Shown: one piece after another, positions 60,870-64,000 of the stretch
How positions within the stretch are numbered: position 1 is the first letter of the stretch
Layout of the letters: the number at the start of each line of letters is the position of its first letter
From: Eledone cirrhosa
Taxonomy: Eukaryota
Length of the DNA: 64,000 nucleotides
Reading direction: 5' to 3'
Assembly: GCA_964016885.1 (NCBI GenBank)
Contig: OZ024744.1
Coordinates: 132,060,001-132,124,000, forward strand
Translations under genes and position numbers: made by a program
The notes under the pieces: model-generated
What the model saw: the letters and a program-made list of their open reading frames with translations, nothing else
What the model was told of the DNA's origin: nothing
Databases searched by the model: none

Positions 60870-63400
60870 AATCGGAGTTACGTTAAGTTGGGGTTAAGTT
60901 AAGTTAGGCTTAACTTAAGTTGGGCTTAAGTTAAGTTGGGGGTAAGTTAAGTTGGGGGTAAGTTAAGTTGGGGTTAATTTAAGTTGGGGTTAAGTTAAGT
61001 GGTGGTTATGTTAAGTTGGGGTTAATTTAAGTTGGGGTTAAATTAAGTTGGGGTTAAGTTAAGTTGGGTGTAAGTTAAGTTGGGGTTGAGTGAAGTTGGG
61101 GTTAAGTTAAGTTGGGGTTAAGTAGAGTTGGGGTTAAGTTAAGTTGGGGTTAAGTTAAGTTGGTGTTAAGTTGGGGTTAAGTTAAGTTGGGGTTAAGTTG
61201 GGGTTAAGTTAAGTGGTGGTTATGTTAAGTTGGGGTTAACTTAAGTTGGGGTTAATTTAAATTGGGGTTAAGTTAACTTTGTGGTTAAGTTAAGTTGGGG
61301 TTAAGTTAAGTTGGGGTTAAGTTAAGTTGGGGTTGAGGGAAGTTGGGGTTAAGTTAAGTTGGGTTTAACTTAAGTTGGGTTTAAGTTAAGTTGCGGTTAA
61401 GTTAAGTTGGGGTTAAGTTAAGTTGGGGTTAAGTTAAGTCGGGGTTAAGTTAAGTTGGGGTTGAGTTAAGTTGGGGTTAATTTAAGTTGAGGTTATGTTA
61501 AGTTGGGGTTAATTTAAGTTGGGGTTAAGTTAAGTTGGGGTTAAGTTAAGTTGGGGTTAATTTATGTTGGGGTTAAGTTCAGTTGGGGTTAATTTAAGTT
61601 GGGGTTAAGTTAAGTTGGGTTTAAGTTAAGTTGGGGTTAAATTAAGTTGGGGTTAAATTAAGTTGGGGTTAAGTTAAGTTGGGGTTAGGTTAAGTTGGGG
61701 ATAAGTTAAGTTGGGGATAAGCTAAGTTGGGGTTAAGTTAAGTTGGGTTTAAGTTAAGTTGGGGTTAAGTTAAGTCGGGGTTATGTTAAGTCGGTGTTAA
61801 GTTAAGTTAGGGTTAAGTTAAGTTGGGGTTAAGTTAAGTTGGGGTTGAGTTAAGTTGGGGTTGAGTTAAATTGGGGTTGAGTTAAGTTGGGGTTAAGTTA
61901 AGTTGGGGTTAAGTTAAGTTGGGGTTAAGTTAAGTTGGGGTTGAGTTAAGTTGGGGTTACTTCAAGTTGGGGCTAAGTTAAGTTGGGGCTGAGTTAAGTT
62001 GGGTGTACGTTAAGTTGGGGTTGACTGAAGTTGGGGTTAAGTTAAGTTGGGGTTAAGTTAAGTTAGGGTTAATTTAAGTTGGGGTTATGTTAAGTTGGGG
62101 TTAAGTTAAGTTGGGGTTAAGTAGAGTTGGGGTTAATTTAAGTTGGGGTTAAGTTAAGTTGGTGTTAAGTTGGGGTTAATTTAAGTGGTGGTTATGTTAA
62201 GTTGGGGTTAAGTTAAGTTGGGGTTAATTTAAATTGGGGTTAAGTTAACTTTGTGGTTAAGTTAAGTTGGAGTTAAGTTAAGTTGGAGTTAAGTTAAGTT
62301 GGGGTTGAGTGAAGTTGGGGTTAAGTTAAGTTGGGGTTAACTTAAGTTGGGTTTGAGTTAAGTTGCGGTTAAGTTAAGTTGGGGTTAAGTTAAGTTGGGG
62401 TTAAGTTAAGTCGGGGTTAATTTAAGTTGGGGTTAAGTTAAGTTGGGGTTAATTTAAGTTGGGGTTAAGTTAAGTTTAGGTTAAGTTAAGTTGGGGTTAA
62501 ATTAAGTTGGGGTTAAGTTAAGTTGGGGTTAAGTTAAGTTGGGGTTAGGTTAAGTTGGGGATAAGTTAAGTTGGGGATAAGTTAAGTTGGGGTTAAGTTA
62601 AGTTGGGTTTAAGTTAAGTTGGGGTTAAGTTAAGTTGGGGTTTAATTAAGTTGGGGTTGAGTTAAGTTGGGGTTGACTTAAGTTGGGCTTAAGTTAAGTT
62701 GGGGTTAAGTTAAGATGTGGTTAAGTTAAGTTGGGGTTAAGTTAAGTTGGGGTTAAATTAAGTTGGGGTTAAGTTAAGTTGGGGGTAAGGTAAGTTGGTG
62801 GTAAGTTAAGTTGGGCGTAAGTTAAGATGGGGCTAAGTTAAGTTGGGGTTAAGTTAATTTGGGGTTAAGTTAAGTTAGGGTTAAGTTAAGTTGGGGTTGA
62901 CTTAAGTTGGGGTTAAGTTAAGTTGGGGTTATGTTAAGTTGGGTTTAAGTTAAGTTGGGGTTAAGTTAAGTTGGGGTTAAGTTAAGTTGCGGTTAAGTTA
63001 AGTTGGGGTTAAGTTAAGTTGGGGTTAAGTTAAGTTGGGGTTAAGTTAAGTTGGGGTTAATTTAAGTTGGGGTTAAATTAAGTTGGGGTTAATTTAAGTT
63101 GGGGGTTAAGATAAGTTGGGGTTAAGTTAAGTTGGGGTTAAATTAAGTTGGGGTTAAGTTAAGTTGGGGTTAATTTAAGTTGGGGTTAAGTTAAGTTGGG
63201 GTTGAGTTAAGTTGGGGGTAAGTTAAGTTGGGGGTAAGTTAAGTTGGGTGTAAGTTAAGATGGGGTTAAGTTAAGTTGGGGTTAAGTTATTTTGGGGTTA
63301 AGTTAAGTTGGGGGTAAGTTAAGTTGGGGTTAATTTAAGTTGGGGATCAGTTAAATTGAGGTTAAGATAACTTGGGTTTGCGTTAAGATGGGGTTAAGTT

Positions 63401-64000
63401 AGGTTTGTCGAAAACCTTATATAATCATTTTTATTTAGGTTCTTCGAAACACCTTATATAATCAATTTTTTTAGGTTTTTCGAAAAACCTTATATAATCA
63501 ATTTTTTAATACTTTTAGAAATATTTATATCTGATTTCAAATATTGATTTTATTAGGTTTTTGGAATAATCAATTTTTTTTACGTTTTTCGAAAAATGTT
63601 ATATAATCAATTTTTTTTAGGTTTTTCGAATCAATTCAATTTTTATAATCAAATATTTTTAGGTTTTTAGAAAAACCTTATATAATCAAATTTTTTTAGG
63701 TTTTTCGAAAAACCTTATATAATTAATTTTTTTATACTTTTAGAAATATTTATATCTGATTTCAAATATTGGATTTTTTAGGTTTTTCGATAATCAATTT
63801 TTTTTAGATTTTTCGAAAAATCTTATATAATCAATTTTTTTACGTTTTTAGAAAGACCTTATATAATCAATTTTTTTATACTTTTAGAAATATTTATATC
63901 TGATTTCAAATATTGATTTTTTTTTTAGGTTTTTCGAAATACCTTATATAATCAATTTTTTTTAGGTTTTTCAAATTACTTTATATAATCAATTTTTTTT
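63401..64000. repeat. AT-rich island 5 (truncated by window end)
   Basis: Same left junction ...GCGTTAAGATGGGGTTAAGTT|AGGTTTGTCGAAAACC and same first 600 bp as island 1. Confidence 0.95.

Larger units (their letters stand above)
47917..63400 (+). repeat. Higher-order repeat unit (15,484 bp), long form
   Basis: Long island, extra ~1.5 kb of satellite, then A, B, C, C. Confidence 0.85.
51477..63400 (+). repeat. 16-bp G-rich tandem satellite, block 5
   Basis: Same monomer; begins with an inverted block; contains an internal ~2.89 kb tandem duplication. Confidence 0.98.

Noticed and set aside
1-63400. Bona fide telomerase-synthesised telomere tract
   Set aside because: Variants are inherited in long collinear blocks, and the tract has inversions and islands. 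It has no terminus in the window. At most it is telomere-derived or subtelomeric.
1-63400. Long ORFs under a ciliate-type code (TAA/TAG = Gln)
   Set aside because: Frequent 1-bp and 5-bp indels and TGA variants; no coding constraint on variants; no evidence of a ciliate source beyond the TTGGGG word.

Overview
The window is entirely non-coding repetitive DNA, almost certainly eukaryotic satellite/heterochromatin; the organism cannot be identified from the sequence. About 86% is a G-rich 16-bp tandem satellite, consensus TTAAG-TTAAG-TTGGGG, with a telomere-like strand bias. Five AT-rich islands interrupt it (starts 10861, 23235, 35676, 47917, 63401). They are built from a second, ~35-bp palindromic minisatellite (AGGTTTTTCGAAAAACCT-TATATAATCAA-Tn) plus a ~230-bp degenerate core. 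Eighteen short (~195-345 bp) inverted blocks of the 16-mer also interrupt it; 17 start at a perfect GGGGTT|AACCCC fold-back and all end at the same CCAAA(G/T/A)TCGGAGTT junction. These parts form a ~12.2-15.5 kb higher-order repeat (island - inversion A - inversion B - inversion C - long G tract). Several template-switch/fold-back scars can be read at base level (5772, 50713, 51477, 11577 vs 50891). No genes, RNA genes, CRISPR arrays or autonomous mobile elements are supported. Coordinates were read by eye and may be off by a few bases.
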